Notes under the pieces: model-generated
Databases searched by the model: none
Told to the model about the DNA's origin: nothing
The model's input: only the letters and a program-made list of their open reading frames with translations
In this document: positions 17,358 through 26,728 of the stretch, in pieces
How positions within the stretch are numbered: the stretch's first letter is position 1
Layout of the letters: the number at the start of each line of letters is the position of its first letter
Translations under genes and position numbers: made by a program
Assembly: GCA_964405095.1 (NCBI GenBank)
Contig: CAYOML010000007.1
Coordinates: 1 to 51,122 of the forward strand
DNA from: an uncultured Candidatus Saccharibacteria bacterium
GTDB taxonomy: Bacteria; Patescibacteriota; Saccharimonadia; Saccharimonadales; EFPC-124
DNA length: 51,122 nucleotides
Direction of reading: 5' to 3'

Positions 17358-18857
17358 GTGAAGAAATTTTATATAACCACTGCTATTCCGTACGTCAATG
17401 CTGCGCCGCATATTGGTAACGCACTCGATTTTACGTTGGCCGATACTATCGCTCGCTATCATAAACAACAGGGCAGCGAGGTATTCTTTCAGACCGGCAC
17501 CGACGAGCACGGCACTAAAATTTACAAAAAGGCTGTTGAGATGGGGCAGCAACCGCAAGCCTACGTAGACAGTATTGTGCCGCTTTGGCAGGCGTTCTTT
17601 AAGAAGTTAAACATCGAACCCAATGGTTTTATTCGTACCACCAGCCCGCAGCACGAAAAGGCTGCCCAGTTGGTGTGGACGCAATTGCAAAAATACATCT
17701 ACAAATCCAACTACGAAGGTTGGTACTGTGTGGGCTGCGAAAGTTTTGTAACCCCAAAGCAAGCTGCAGACAATAACGGTATTTGCCCTGACCATAATAA
17801 ACCATACGAAAAACTCAGCGAAGAAAATTACTTCTTTAAACTGAGTACTTTTGGCGAGCAGATCCAACAAGCCTTAACTGCCGGTGAATTTAAAATTGTA
17901 CCGGACTTCCGCCAAACCGAAATCCTAAATCTGATCAAAAGTGGCCTCGATGACATCAGCATCTCGCGGCCTAAAACTCAGTTGCCATGGGGCGTTCCGG
18001 TGCCTGGCGACGACAAACAGATAATGTATGTGTGGTTCGAAGCGCTGCTTAACTATATTAGTGTGCTGGGTTATCCGGACGGTGCAAACTTTAAAAGGTT
18101 CTGGCCGGCTGATGTGTGGGTTGGTGGCAAGGATATTTTGCGTTTTCATGCCGCTATCTTTCCGGCTATCCTGATTGGTCTCGGTCTGCCGCTGCAAAAG
18201 GTTTTGCTAGTGCATGGCCATGTGCTCAGTAGTGGCACTAAAATGAGCAAGACAATTGGCAACGTCATTGACCCTGTCGAGATAATTGACGGCTATGGTG
18301 CAGATGCCTTCCGTTACTATTTTTTGCGCCATGTGCCAACCATTGACGATGGCGATTTTACTTGGGTGAAGTTTGAGACCGCCTATAACACTGAACTTGG
18401 CAACGAACTTGGTAATCTGGTGCAACGCGTGTCAGCAATGATTAATCGCTACCAACACGGCGTAATCGGTGACTTGCCGCGGCCCGAACACGACAACACA
18501 CCACTGCATGCCGAAATAGAACAGTTACGCCTGGATCGAGCATTAGATCATATATGGGCCAAAATCCGTCACCTGAATGTCTATTTGGAAGAAGTTAAAC
18601 CCTGGGAGATCGCTAAAAAACCCGAAGAAGCCGAGCATCTGCAAGAAGTTCTAGCCTACGCTGCCGGCAACTTACAGCAAATTTCGGAGTTATTGTGGCC
18701 ATTTTTGCCAAGCACAGCCGAAACTATCAAACACATCTTCGAAGGCGGTACCGTCAGCCAATATGAGGGAGTCTTGTTCCCCAAAATCTACAAACACACC
18801 ACCGACCCTCGCGCTACTACCCCACAACCAGCAAACACGCCTCCGCCAAAGCAATGA
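17358..18857 (+). CDS. metG: Methionyl-tRNA synthetase (GTG start)
   Basis: HIGN and KMSKT class-I motifs. Zinc knuckle CVGCESF...CPDH. Confidence 0.92.
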   Translation: MKKFYITTAIPYVNAAPHIGNALDFTLADTIARYHKQQGSEVFFQTGTDEHGTKIYKKAVEMGQQPQAYVDSIVPLWQAFFKKLNIEPNGFIRTTSPQHEKAAQLVWTQLQKYIYKSNYEGWYCVGCESFVTPKQAADNNGICPDHNKPYEKLSEENYFFKLSTFGEQIQQALTAGEFKIVPDFRQTEILNLIKSGLDDISISRPKTQLPWGVPVPGDDKQIMYVWFEALLNYISVLGYPDGANFKRFWPADVWVGGKDILRFHAAIFPAILIGLGLPLQKVLLVHGHVLSSGTKMSKTIGNVIDPVEIIDGYGADAFRYYFLRHVPTIDDGDFTWVKFETAYNTELGNELGNLVQRVSAMINRYQHGVIGDLPRPEHDNTPLHAEIEQLRLDRALDHIWAKIRHLNVYLEEVKPWEIAKKPEEAEHLQEVLAYAAGNLQQISELLWPFLPSTAETIKHIFEGGTVSQYEGVLFPKIYKHTTDPRATTPQPANTPPPKQ

Positions 18858-19471
18858 GTCAACCAACTCACGAAGATCTCGGCAAACTCCTGATCGAAGT
18901 ACTGTTACCCTTTTATTTGGTTAAACGTGACATGCGTGTGCCTATAGGTCCGAGGCGCCTGGAGAATGATGCTGAACATTCATGGGCGTTAGCCGTCATG
19001 GCTTGTGCGCTGGCGCCTGAAGTCGACCCGTCATTAGATGTTGGCAAGGTCTGTCAGTACGCGGTCGTGCATGATCTGGTAGAGCTCCACGCCGGGGATA
19101 CGACCCCGTTTGGTAGCAAGCGAAACATCTTATCTAAGGAAGAACGTGAGCATCAGGCATTAGTAACGATTAAGCAACAAACTAAGGTTTTTCCATGGCT
19201 TGCGCAAACGATTACAGAATACGAAAGCCGCTCGACCCCCGAAGCACGGTTTGTATGGGCGGCAGATAAATACATTGCTTTACTCACCAGGCATATGGAT
19301 GAGGGTAAATTTTATCGCAGCATTAAATTGACCAAGCAAAAATTTGATAAACGTATAGCCCGCAACCGCGCCAAAGCCCACGCCCACGAGGCGATCGGCA
19401 AATACTATGATCAATTGCGGGCCGAAGTCGACGCTAGCCCCCATCACTTTTACCAAAAGGACAAAAAATAG
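18854..19471 (+). CDS. HD-domain phosphohydrolase (YfbR-like 5'-nucleotidase family)
   Basis: H...HD...D motif (EHSWALAVMA...VVHDLVELHAGD). Overlaps metG by 4 nt. Confidence 0.7.
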   Translation: MSQPTHEDLGKLLIEVLLPFYLVKRDMRVPIGPRRLENDAEHSWALAVMACALAPEVDPSLDVGKVCQYAVVHDLVELHAGDTTPFGSKRNILSKEEREHQALVTIKQQTKVFPWLAQTITEYESRSTPEARFVWAADKYIALLTRHMDEGKFYRSIKLTKQKFDKRIARNRAKAHAHEAIGKYYDQLRAEVDASPHHFYQKDKK

Positions 19472-20403
19472 TGCAGCTAATAGATACGCATTGCCACATT
19501 CACGAAACCGCCTACGACTTAAACGGAGATAACCCAACGCGCGCGTTGTGGCTAAAAGCCGGAAAACCCAACCCCGACGACATAATTACACGTGCGGTTC
19601 AGGCTGATGTAACTGGTATGATTTGTGTCGGCACCTCGGCGGCCGACAGCCAACTGGCGGTGGATTTTGTTCAAGACCGCCCTAATTGCTGGGCCAGTAT
19701 TGGCATCCATCCGCACGAGGCCAAAGATGGTAAACCTGCATTCAAGCGCCTCAAAGCTTTGCTTGCTAGTCGCAAATCTAAGCCTATACGCCAGCCGGGG
19801 GTGGCGGCCGGCGGGGCATCACCCAAAAATTCTTTTCTGTACCCAGAAAAAATTTTAGGGGAGGCCGGCAGACAGGACCCGCGGACCGCGCATCCAGATA
19901 AAATAGTAGCCATAGGTGAATGTGGTCTGGATTACTTTTACTCCCACTCACCCAAAGCCGATCAGCTCAAGGCCCTTCGTTTTCAGATTGAACTAGCACT
20001 CGAGCACGATTTGCCGTTAATCTTTCATGTCCGTGAAGCCTTTGACGATTTTTGGCCAATCTTTGACAGCTACCAAGGAATCAGGGGAGTGCTGCACAGC
20101 TTCACCGATACCCAAGCCAACGCCGACAAAGCTATCGAGCGCAATCTGTACATCGGTCTCAACGGCATAATGACCTTCACCAAAAGCGATATACAGCTAG
20201 CCATGGCCAAACGCATTCCGTTGCAAAAACTACTACTCGAAACAGATGCGCCCTACTTGACTCCAGCGCCACATCGTGGTAGTATAAACGAGCCCGCGCG
20301 AACTAGGGTTGTAGCCGAGTTCTTGGCTACCCTACGCGACGAATCCCTTGTGGACCTTGCCGCGCAGACTACCCGAAACGCCCGCGAGCTGTTCCATCTT
20401 TAA
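19471..20403 (+). CDS. tatD: TatD-family metal-dependent DNase/hydrolase carrying a ~35-40 aa in-frame insertion
   Basis: TatD motifs are present: MQLIDTHCHI, GIHPH, AIGECGLDY, LETDAPY. The extra low-complexity segment SKPIRQPGVAAGGASPKNSFLYPEKILGEAGRQDPRTAHPD lies between the GIHPH and AIGECGLD blocks. Confidence 0.85.
   Translation: MQLIDTHCHIHETAYDLNGDNPTRALWLKAGKPNPDDIITRAVQADVTGMICVGTSAADSQLAVDFVQDRPNCWASIGIHPHEAKDGKPAFKRLKALLASRKSKPIRQPGVAAGGASPKNSFLYPEKILGEAGRQDPRTAHPDKIVAIGECGLDYFYSHSPKADQLKALRFQIELALEHDLPLIFHVREAFDDFWPIFDSYQGIRGVLHSFTDTQANADKAIERNLYIGLNGIMTFTKSDIQLAMAKRIPLQKLLLETDAPYLTPAPHRGSINEPARTRVVAEFLATLRDESLVDLAAQTTRNARELFHL
19796..19890 (+). repeat. Diverged intragenic copy of the palindromic repeat family, in frame inside tatD
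   Basis: GGCGGCCGGCGGGG...AAAAATTCTTTTCTGTACCCAGAAAAAATTTTAGGGGAGGCCGGCAGACAGGACCCGCGGACCGCG aligns with 24080-24154. Shared features are the TTTAGGGG.GG.C, GGCAGGACCCG and CGGACCGCG blocks and the AT-rich internal palindrome. Confidence 0.6.
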
Positions 20404-20453
20404 ACAAACACTTCCTCAAACCAAAAGACCTTACTTATAAGAGGATTGTGTAG

Positions 20454-20783
20454 ATGAGTTTATCTGCCACCAAAGACACCACCAACGCACACGAACTCGA
20501 CCCAAGCTTGAGAGCTGGTAATATTCCGACTGAGGCAACGCCCGAAAAATTGGCGTTTAAGATGCATATTCCCGCCGAGGCCCCAAGTGCTGTTGGTGAT
20601 TATGTTCCCGTTCCCTACACCGACCCACCTGAAGTAGTTGATCCCCAGACAGCCGTGCGAGCTACCAGAGAAATGATATCAGAGGCCGATCAGGCTGCTT
20701 ATTACTCAGAAATTGTAAGCGATGGTACCTTGGCCACACTCCGACGTTACATACTTGAGGAAGAGAATAATAGGGAGGCTTAG
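20454..20783 (+). CDS. Hypothetical protein
   Basis: An ORF with an ATG start and no recognisable motifs. No RBS or start-site analysis was done for this call. Confidence 0.35.
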   Translation: MSLSATKDTTNAHELDPSLRAGNIPTEATPEKLAFKMHIPAEAPSAVGDYVPVPYTDPPEVVDPQTAVRATREMISEADQAAYYSEIVSDGTLATLRRYILEEENNREA

Positions 20784-20786
20784 GCT

Positions 20787-21209
20787 ATGCGTAAACTCCT
20801 CGGCACAATGAGCAAACTTATCACTGGCAGCGACAACGCAACTAGTTCGCGCCGCAAAAAACTCACCGAACGTGATCTTATTCGCATGGAATCAAAAATC
20901 GGCGCTCAACTATTTGGCTCGGTACAAAAAGGCCACCGACGCGAGTTTTTCTGTCTTGATGAACACACCTGGATTTGGTACGAAGAATGGCTTGACCAAA
21001 ACGGCAAGCGCCAAAGTATTACTACCCGTTATGAAGTTCACCAAAACAGCATTCTTAAAGTCCAGGACGGCCATCCATACCAGGTTGTCGAGGGCGAAGA
21101 GCTGCGCAACTTAGCTATGGCTACCCGCCAATATCGCGAACAAGTTCTGCGTGGCTTATATCACCGCGACCACATCACTGGTCAACCGCTGCAACCAGCC
21201 ACAAACTAG
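20787..21209 (+). CDS. Hypothetical protein
   Basis: ORF with a GGGAGG RBS, tightly spaced after the previous ORF. Confidence 0.4.
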   Translation: MRKLLGTMSKLITGSDNATSSRRKKLTERDLIRMESKIGAQLFGSVQKGHRREFFCLDEHTWIWYEEWLDQNGKRQSITTRYEVHQNSILKVQDGHPYQVVEGEELRNLAMATRQYREQVLRGLYHRDHITGQPLQPATN

Positions 21210-21232
21210 ACGCTTGGGGCTACAATATAGCT

Positions 21233-22375
21233 ATGAGTCGTCTGATCTATCTTGACTATGCCGCCGCTACCCCGCTTGACGCGCGAGTCGAAGCCACTAT
21301 GCGACCTTTTTTTCGTGATCAGTTTTATAACCCATCAAGCTCTTATCTAGCGGCTAAATCTGTTAAATCCGCCCTTGAGGACGCCCGCAGCCGAGTTGCC
21401 CATTGGTTGGGCGCCAAACAAAGCGAGGTAATATTTACCGCCGGCGCGACTGAATCGATTAATCTGGCAATACACGGTGTTATGCAATCTAGTCAAGATG
21501 GCTCAGTGTTAGTTTGCAGTATAGAACACGAAGCGGTGTTGGCAGCCGCTCGGCCATATAATCACAAACACATTCCAGTAGCACATGACGGGACACTCAA
21601 GCTTGATGCTCTTAGACAGTTGATTGATGATACAACTGTGCTAATCAGTGTTGGGCTGGTAAATAACGAAATCGGCACCATCCAACCGCTGAAAGAAATC
21701 GCTAATCTGGTGCACGAGATTCGCCGCCTGCGTCAACTAAAAAACAATCCACGCCCCCTGTATTTACACACCGATGCCAGCCAGGCTGCCTGTTATCTGG
21801 ATCTGCATATTAACAGCCTAGGTGTCGACTTGCTAACGCTCAATGGTGCCAAGATGTACGGGCCAAAACAGAGTGGAGCGCTGTTCATTAAAGCTGGGAT
21901 CCAGCTCGAGCCTCTGATTGTGGGTGGCGGTCAAGAGCGCGGCATGCGTAGCGGCACCGAAAATGTTGCGGCCTGCGTCGGCTTAGCCACTGCCTTCGAT
22001 ATTGCTCAGACAGAACGTAAAGCCGAAATTGCTAAAATCGGTGTCCTAAGGGACCAGCTGCTGCGCCGAATTCTGCAAGCTGTGCCGACGACCATTGTCA
22101 ACGGCAACCCCAAAAAACACGCACCGCATATTTTACATCTCAGTTGGCCAAGCGTAGACGGTGAGCGCTTAATAATGCAGCTCGACGAAGCAGGCATCAT
22201 GGCCAGCACTGGCTCGGCCTGCGCTGCCAACAAACAGACCGCTTCGCATGTGCTTAAAGCTTGCGGCTTGGATGAAGAATTGGTAAACGGCAGCCTGCGC
22301 TTGAGCCTGGGCCGCAAAATCACACAGCAACAAGTGTCAAAGGTCGCACAAGTACTCATTGGTATAGTTAGCTAA
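21233..22375 (+). CDS. Cysteine desulfurase (class V aminotransferase, IscS/NifS family)
   Basis: IYLDYAAATP..., a PLP-lysine region (TLNGAKMYGPK) and the active-site Cys loop (SGSACAAN). Confidence 0.85.
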   Translation: MSRLIYLDYAAATPLDARVEATMRPFFRDQFYNPSSSYLAAKSVKSALEDARSRVAHWLGAKQSEVIFTAGATESINLAIHGVMQSSQDGSVLVCSIEHEAVLAAARPYNHKHIPVAHDGTLKLDALRQLIDDTTVLISVGLVNNEIGTIQPLKEIANLVHEIRRLRQLKNNPRPLYLHTDASQAACYLDLHINSLGVDLLTLNGAKMYGPKQSGALFIKAGIQLEPLIVGGGQERGMRSGTENVAACVGLATAFDIAQTERKAEIAKIGVLRDQLLRRILQAVPTTIVNGNPKKHAPHILHLSWPSVDGERLIMQLDEAGIMASTGSACAANKQTASHVLKACGLDEELVNGSLRLSLGRKITQQQVSKVAQVLIGIVS

Positions 22376-22405
22376 ACCGACTATAAGTTTGCGATAATAA
22401 AGTCA

Positions 22406-23011
22406 ATGATCAAGTTATTGGTAACAGTAGGGGTGGTAGTAACCGGCGCAGCTCTCGCAATCTCCGGCATCACTTCGTATTTAGGTCCTGACGATCTTAA
22501 AGATTGCACCAAGCCTGACCCGCTAGTCGTTAAGTGCGCTCCAGCCGACGTAATCGTAGCAATTAGTGGTGGCGACACGACAGCTCGGGTGGCCGAGGCC
22601 ATAAAACTATACAAAGATAGTTGGGCGCCAAAACTAATCTTTTCCGGCGCGGCGCTCGATACTTCTGGGCCCTCCAACGCCGAGACCATGCGTAACCAAG
22701 CGCTCAAGGCAGGTGTACCCGAATCGGCCCTCCTTCTAGACAACCGTGCTAAAGATACCGAACAAAACGCACAGGGCACACTAGAATTACTCGAAACCCG
22801 CGAAACGCGGATTATTTTAGTGACCTCGCCGTACCACCAACGTCGGGCTAGCTTGGAGTTTGGTCGCATACTAGGCAATCGCGTCAAAATTGTAAACCAC
22901 CCAACCAAAACCGATCGTTACTGGGGACCATCATGGTGGACAACACCAAATGGCTGGTGGTTGGCGCTGACCGAAACGACAATGAGCTTGGTTATATCGT
23001 CGTGGCGTTAA
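22406..23011 (+). CDS. DUF218/YdcF (ElyC/SanA family) protein
   Basis: VAISGGDT...LIFSGAA...NAETMRNQALKAGVPESALLLDNRAKDTEQNA. Confidence 0.65.
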   Translation: MIKLLVTVGVVVTGAALAISGITSYLGPDDLKDCTKPDPLVVKCAPADVIVAISGGDTTARVAEAIKLYKDSWAPKLIFSGAALDTSGPSNAETMRNQALKAGVPESALLLDNRAKDTEQNAQGTLELLETRETRIILVTSPYHQRRASLEFGRILGNRVKIVNHPTKTDRYWGPSWWTTPNGWWLALTETTMSLVISSWR

Positions 23012-23025
23012 AAGTATATGTTGGC

Positions 23026-24075
23026 ATGAGTGGCGGGGTAGATAGCAGCCTGAGCGCGGCACTTTTGCAAAAACAAGGCTACGATGTGACCGGTGTATAC
23101 ATGAAGAATTGGACACAAGATCTGCCCGGGATGGTTTGTCCTTGGGCCGATGACCTGGCCGACGCCAAACGCGTGGCCGTCCAACTTAATATTCCATTTA
23201 AGGTGTTTGATTTCCAGAAAGAATACAAACAAAAGGTGGTCGACTATATGATCGCCGAATACAAGGCCGGTCGCACACCCAACCCCGATATTATGTGCAA
23301 CCAAGAGGTAAAATTCGGGCTGTTTTTGCGAACTGCACTAGACGATGGTGCCGATATGATCGCCACTGGCCATTATGCTAAGGTCAACGACGGTCAATTA
23401 TTTATGGCTGTCGATAAAGCCAAAGATCAAACCTACTTTTTATACCGCGTTACCCAAAATGCACTCACCAAAACTCTTTTTCCGCTTGGTGAGCTTACCA
23501 AAACCGAAGTGCGCAAAAAAGCTATCCAACTTGGCTTGGCCACAGCTACCAAAAAAGATTCACAGGGCATCTGTTTTGTTGGCAAAGTTGGCATTAAAGA
23601 TTTTTTGCAGCAATATGTCAAGGCAGAGCCGGGCGATATTATTGATAAACGCTCCGGCCAGGTTCTTGGTCAGCACGAAGGCGCTATTTATTATACTTTT
23701 GGGCAGCGTCACGGTCTGGGAGTTGGCGGCGGTCTGCCGTATTATGTCGCCCGTAAAGATATGACTAAGAACATAGTCTACGTTACATCCGATCTTAACG
23801 ACGATTCCCTATGGCGCAGCAAACTAACCCTTAGCCAGCTGCACTGGATAGATCAAAAACCGGCAACCAATGAAAAATATAGCGTACGTTTACGCTATCG
23901 GGCCTCTCTGATTGACTGCAGATTGAGTTTGCATGGTAATATCGCAGAGGTCATACTCGCCGAACCAGAACGGGCCATTACTCCAGGGCAATCGGCTGTC
24001 GTCTATGATGGCCACCAGGTGGTTGGCGGTGGGATTGTCGAACCTGATTCTCAAAACCCATCAAACACGGGGTGA
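23026..24075 (+). CDS. mnmA: tRNA-specific 2-thiouridylase MnmA
   Basis: PP-loop MSGGVDSS and the GICFVG catalytic Cys region. The stop codon TGA is provided by the first bases of repeat copy 2. Confidence 0.9.
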   Translation: MSGGVDSSLSAALLQKQGYDVTGVYMKNWTQDLPGMVCPWADDLADAKRVAVQLNIPFKVFDFQKEYKQKVVDYMIAEYKAGRTPNPDIMCNQEVKFGLFLRTALDDGADMIATGHYAKVNDGQLFMAVDKAKDQTYFLYRVTQNALTKTLFPLGELTKTEVRKKAIQLGLATATKKDSQGICFVGKVGIKDFLQQYVKAEPGDIIDKRSGQVLGQHEGAIYYTFGQRHGLGVGGGLPYYVARKDMTKNIVYVTSDLNDDSLWRSKLTLSQLHWIDQKPATNEKYSVRLRYRASLIDCRLSLHGNIAEVILAEPERAITPGQSAVVYDGHQVVGGGIVEPDSQNPSNTG

Positions 24076-24154
24076 CACGTGGCGGGGCGGCCCCAAAGTT
24101 TTTTATGTATTCCCATAAAAAATCTTTAGGGGCGGACCGCGTGGCAGGACCCGG
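24069..24154 (+). repeat. Copy 2 of the ~85-bp palindromic repeat family
   Basis: GGGGTGACACGTGGCGGGGCGGCCCCAAAG-TTTTTTATGTATTCCCATAAAAAA-TCTTTAGGGGCGGACCGCGTGGCAGGACCCGG. Confidence 0.7.
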
Positions 24155-24221
24155 CCATTGGTATCAGGTTTTGAGAGTCAAGTTGTCGAAAGTTCATAAG
24201 TAACGCGTTATACTCATAACT

Positions 24222-25169
24222 ATGGAACCCAAACCCTGGCTTGCCATGGCGGTGTCGGCAATTGGCTTAGTATTTGTCGGCTTAGTTATCGGAGCGGTGG
24301 TGGTCGACACCATCTATCGCAAACCGATTAACCAGACAATCTTACCAGCTAACACGGCAACTAGAATAGTCGCTGCGGGCGACATAGCCTGTCCATCGTC
24401 ACAGCCAATTACAGAACTCAGTTGTCGGCAGGCCGCAACGGCTTCACTAGCACTTGCCCTGCAACCAAAAGCCGTCTTGGCTCTCGGAGATCTACAATAT
24501 CCGAGCGGCAGTCTTAGCGATTTTAAAGACAGCTTTGCCAAAAGCTGGGGGCAGCTAAAAGCCATCATTCACCCCGTGCCTGGCAATCACGAATACCAAA
24601 CCCCCGGCGCGGCCGGTTACTTTGATTATTTTGGCGCCCAAGCCGGTGAACGCGGCAAAGGCTATTACAGCTTTGACCTTGCCAGTTGGCACATCGTGGC
24701 GCTTAACTCCGAAATTGACGTTTCGCCTGCCAGTGCTCAGCGTCAATGGTTAAAAAATGATCTGGCGTCCACTCGCTTACCTTGCATTATGGCGTACTGG
24801 CATAAACCACGTTTTTCGACTGGTTATCATCCCAACGACACCACCTATGAGGGTTTATGGCAGGATTTATATAAGGCGGGAGCAGATGTAGTAGTAAACG
24901 GCCATTCGCACGATTATGAGCGATTTGTGCCGCTCACCCCCGAGGGTAAAGCCGACCCCGCCAAAGGGATTGTTGAATTTGTGTCCGGTATGGGCGGTTA
25001 CGCTCAAGAAACGCTAGGTGCCACCACATCGACGCTGGCTGTGCGGCAAAATCATGCCTTTGGCGTTTTGCAATTTGATCTTAAGGCTACAAGCCTGCGT
25101 TACAAATTTGTTACAGTCCCTGGTTCACAGGAATTCCGTGACGAAGGTGTGGTGTCATGCCATCGGTAA
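24222..25169 (+). CDS. Calcineurin-like metallophosphoesterase with an N-terminal TM anchor
   Basis: GDxxC...GNHEY...GHxH motifs. Confidence 0.7.
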   Translation: MEPKPWLAMAVSAIGLVFVGLVIGAVVVDTIYRKPINQTILPANTATRIVAAGDIACPSSQPITELSCRQAATASLALALQPKAVLALGDLQYPSGSLSDFKDSFAKSWGQLKAIIHPVPGNHEYQTPGAAGYFDYFGAQAGERGKGYYSFDLASWHIVALNSEIDVSPASAQRQWLKNDLASTRLPCIMAYWHKPRFSTGYHPNDTTYEGLWQDLYKAGADVVVNGHSHDYERFVPLTPEGKADPAKGIVEFVSGMGGYAQETLGATTSTLAVRQNHAFGVLQFDLKATSLRYKFVTVPGSQEFRDEGVVSCHR

Positions 25170-25191
25170 CGCTTAAATAGGGGTACTAAAG

Positions 25192-26430
25192 TTGGGTGGA
25201 CCTTCACATACGAAATCATCAACCAAAAGATCCGTACTTTATATGGGGATTGTGGTTGTGGTGGCCGTATTCACTGGCTTAGGTATTTGGTGGATGGCCC
25301 AAGTCACAATCCAGCAAGGTGTAGAGCTAGCGGGCACGCAACAGCCGGTGATACCGACTAAATCGACAGCCACACCACAGCTTACGACCGAAGTCCTGGT
25401 TGATAAGCGCGACCACGTCTGGGATATGGCCTTTTTGCCAACCAAACAGATGCTATTCACCGAACGCAAAGGTACGCTGAATATTTACGAAGATGGTAAA
25501 GTGCGTGAACTAGCCAGTATTAGCGATATTTTTGCCAAGGGTGAGGGCGGCCTGCTGGGTTTAACCGTTGACTCAAAGTTTAGCGATAATCGTTACATCT
25601 ATACCTGTTTTAACAGCACTGCCGGTGGGCCAGATGTCCGGGTCGTTCGTTGGAAGGTTAAAACTGATCTTAGCGGGTTGGAGGATCGCAAGGATATCGT
25701 CACTGGCATTTCGTCCAATTCTGGTGGCAGACATTCTGGTTGCCGAGTGGCGTTTGGGCCAGATGGATATCTGTGGGTCGGCACCGGCGACTCAGCGACC
25801 CCCGGGCTAAGCCCGCAACGCCCGCAAGACCCAAAAAGTTTAAATGGTAAGATTTTGCGAGTCGACCGCGACGGTAACCCGACGGCTGGAGGCTCAAACA
25901 ACACCGAAAATAAATCTTTCGACCCTCGCATATACAATTACGGCCATCGTAATATTCAAGGACTGGCTTTCTTCTCCGAGGCCCGGTTAGGTGTTTTGGG
26001 TGTGAGTGTTGAACATGGGTCGTCGATCGATGACGAAGTTAACTTGCTGCTACCTGGTAATTTTGGCTGGGACCCCGACAAAAACTACACGGAGGCAGGT
26101 GTACCAATGACTGATAAAAGCAAATTCCCAAATGCCGTTGATGCAATTTGGAGTTCGGGTAATACCACCCAAGCACCATCTGGTGCCGTATTCTTAAAAG
26201 GTGGCCAATGGAAAGCCTGGAACGGAGCCTTAGCTATTGCCATTCTCAAAGACAAAAAACTCAAGATTTTACAGATCAACGCGCAGAATAAAGTCACGAA
26301 AGAAGAAGACTTCTTGCAAAATAAGTTCGGGCGCCTAAGGGCAGTAACTTTAGGGCCAGACGGTAACCTCTATTTAAGCACCGATAACGGTTCTTCAGGC
26401 GATCAAATAATTCGCGTTACGCCACAATAA
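25192..26430 (+). CDS. PQQ-dependent soluble sugar dehydrogenase (YliI/GSDH beta-propeller family), TTG start
   Basis: HVWDMAFLP...LFTERKG, RVDRDGNP, HRNIQGLAF. Confidence 0.75.
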   Translation: MGGPSHTKSSTKRSVLYMGIVVVVAVFTGLGIWWMAQVTIQQGVELAGTQQPVIPTKSTATPQLTTEVLVDKRDHVWDMAFLPTKQMLFTERKGTLNIYEDGKVRELASISDIFAKGEGGLLGLTVDSKFSDNRYIYTCFNSTAGGPDVRVVRWKVKTDLSGLEDRKDIVTGISSNSGGRHSGCRVAFGPDGYLWVGTGDSATPGLSPQRPQDPKSLNGKILRVDRDGNPTAGGSNNTENKSFDPRIYNYGHRNIQGLAFFSEARLGVLGVSVEHGSSIDDEVNLLLPGNFGWDPDKNYTEAGVPMTDKSKFPNAVDAIWSSGNTTQAPSGAVFLKGGQWKAWNGALAIAILKDKKLKILQINAQNKVTKEEDFLQNKFGRLRAVTLGPDGNLYLSTDNGSSGDQIIRVTPQ

Positions 26431-26477
26431 ATTGATATACTAGCTAAGTAAGCAACTAACTAAGGAAGGGTAGAAAC

Positions 26478-26654
26478 ATGGACGAGGAAACTCCACAGAC
26501 AGGCGCTCCAGCCGGTGACGACAAGCCAATGATGCCACCAGCAGAACCACCAGCAGAAGGTGGCGCAGGCGACGGTGGCATGCCTCCAGCAACACCACCA
26601 GCCGGCGGCGACGCTCCAGCTGAAGGTGATAAGCCAGCAGGCACAGGCTGGTAG
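26478..26654 (+). CDS. Small Pro/Ala/Gly-rich acidic protein (58 aa)
   Basis: AAGGAAGGG RBS 8 nt upstream of the ATG. A GC hairpin follows at 26676-26703. It is not in the supplied ORF track because it is shorter than 60 aa. Confidence 0.4.
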   Translation: MDEETPQTGAPAGDDKPMMPPAEPPAEGGAGDGGMPPATPPAGGDAPAEGDKPAGTGW

Positions 26655-26675
26655 GGCTAGAGTAGCTATCTATGA

Positions 26676-26703
26676 AAGAGGCCGGGTTTTCGCCCGGCCT
26701 CTT
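26676..26703 (+). terminator. Hairpin AAGAGGCCGGG-TTTTCG-CCCGGCCTCTT after the small ORF
   Basis: An 11-bp perfect stem. The T-run is weak. Confidence 0.4.
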
Positions 26704-26728
26704 GCTATCTGATATAATTTAGGGCGAT

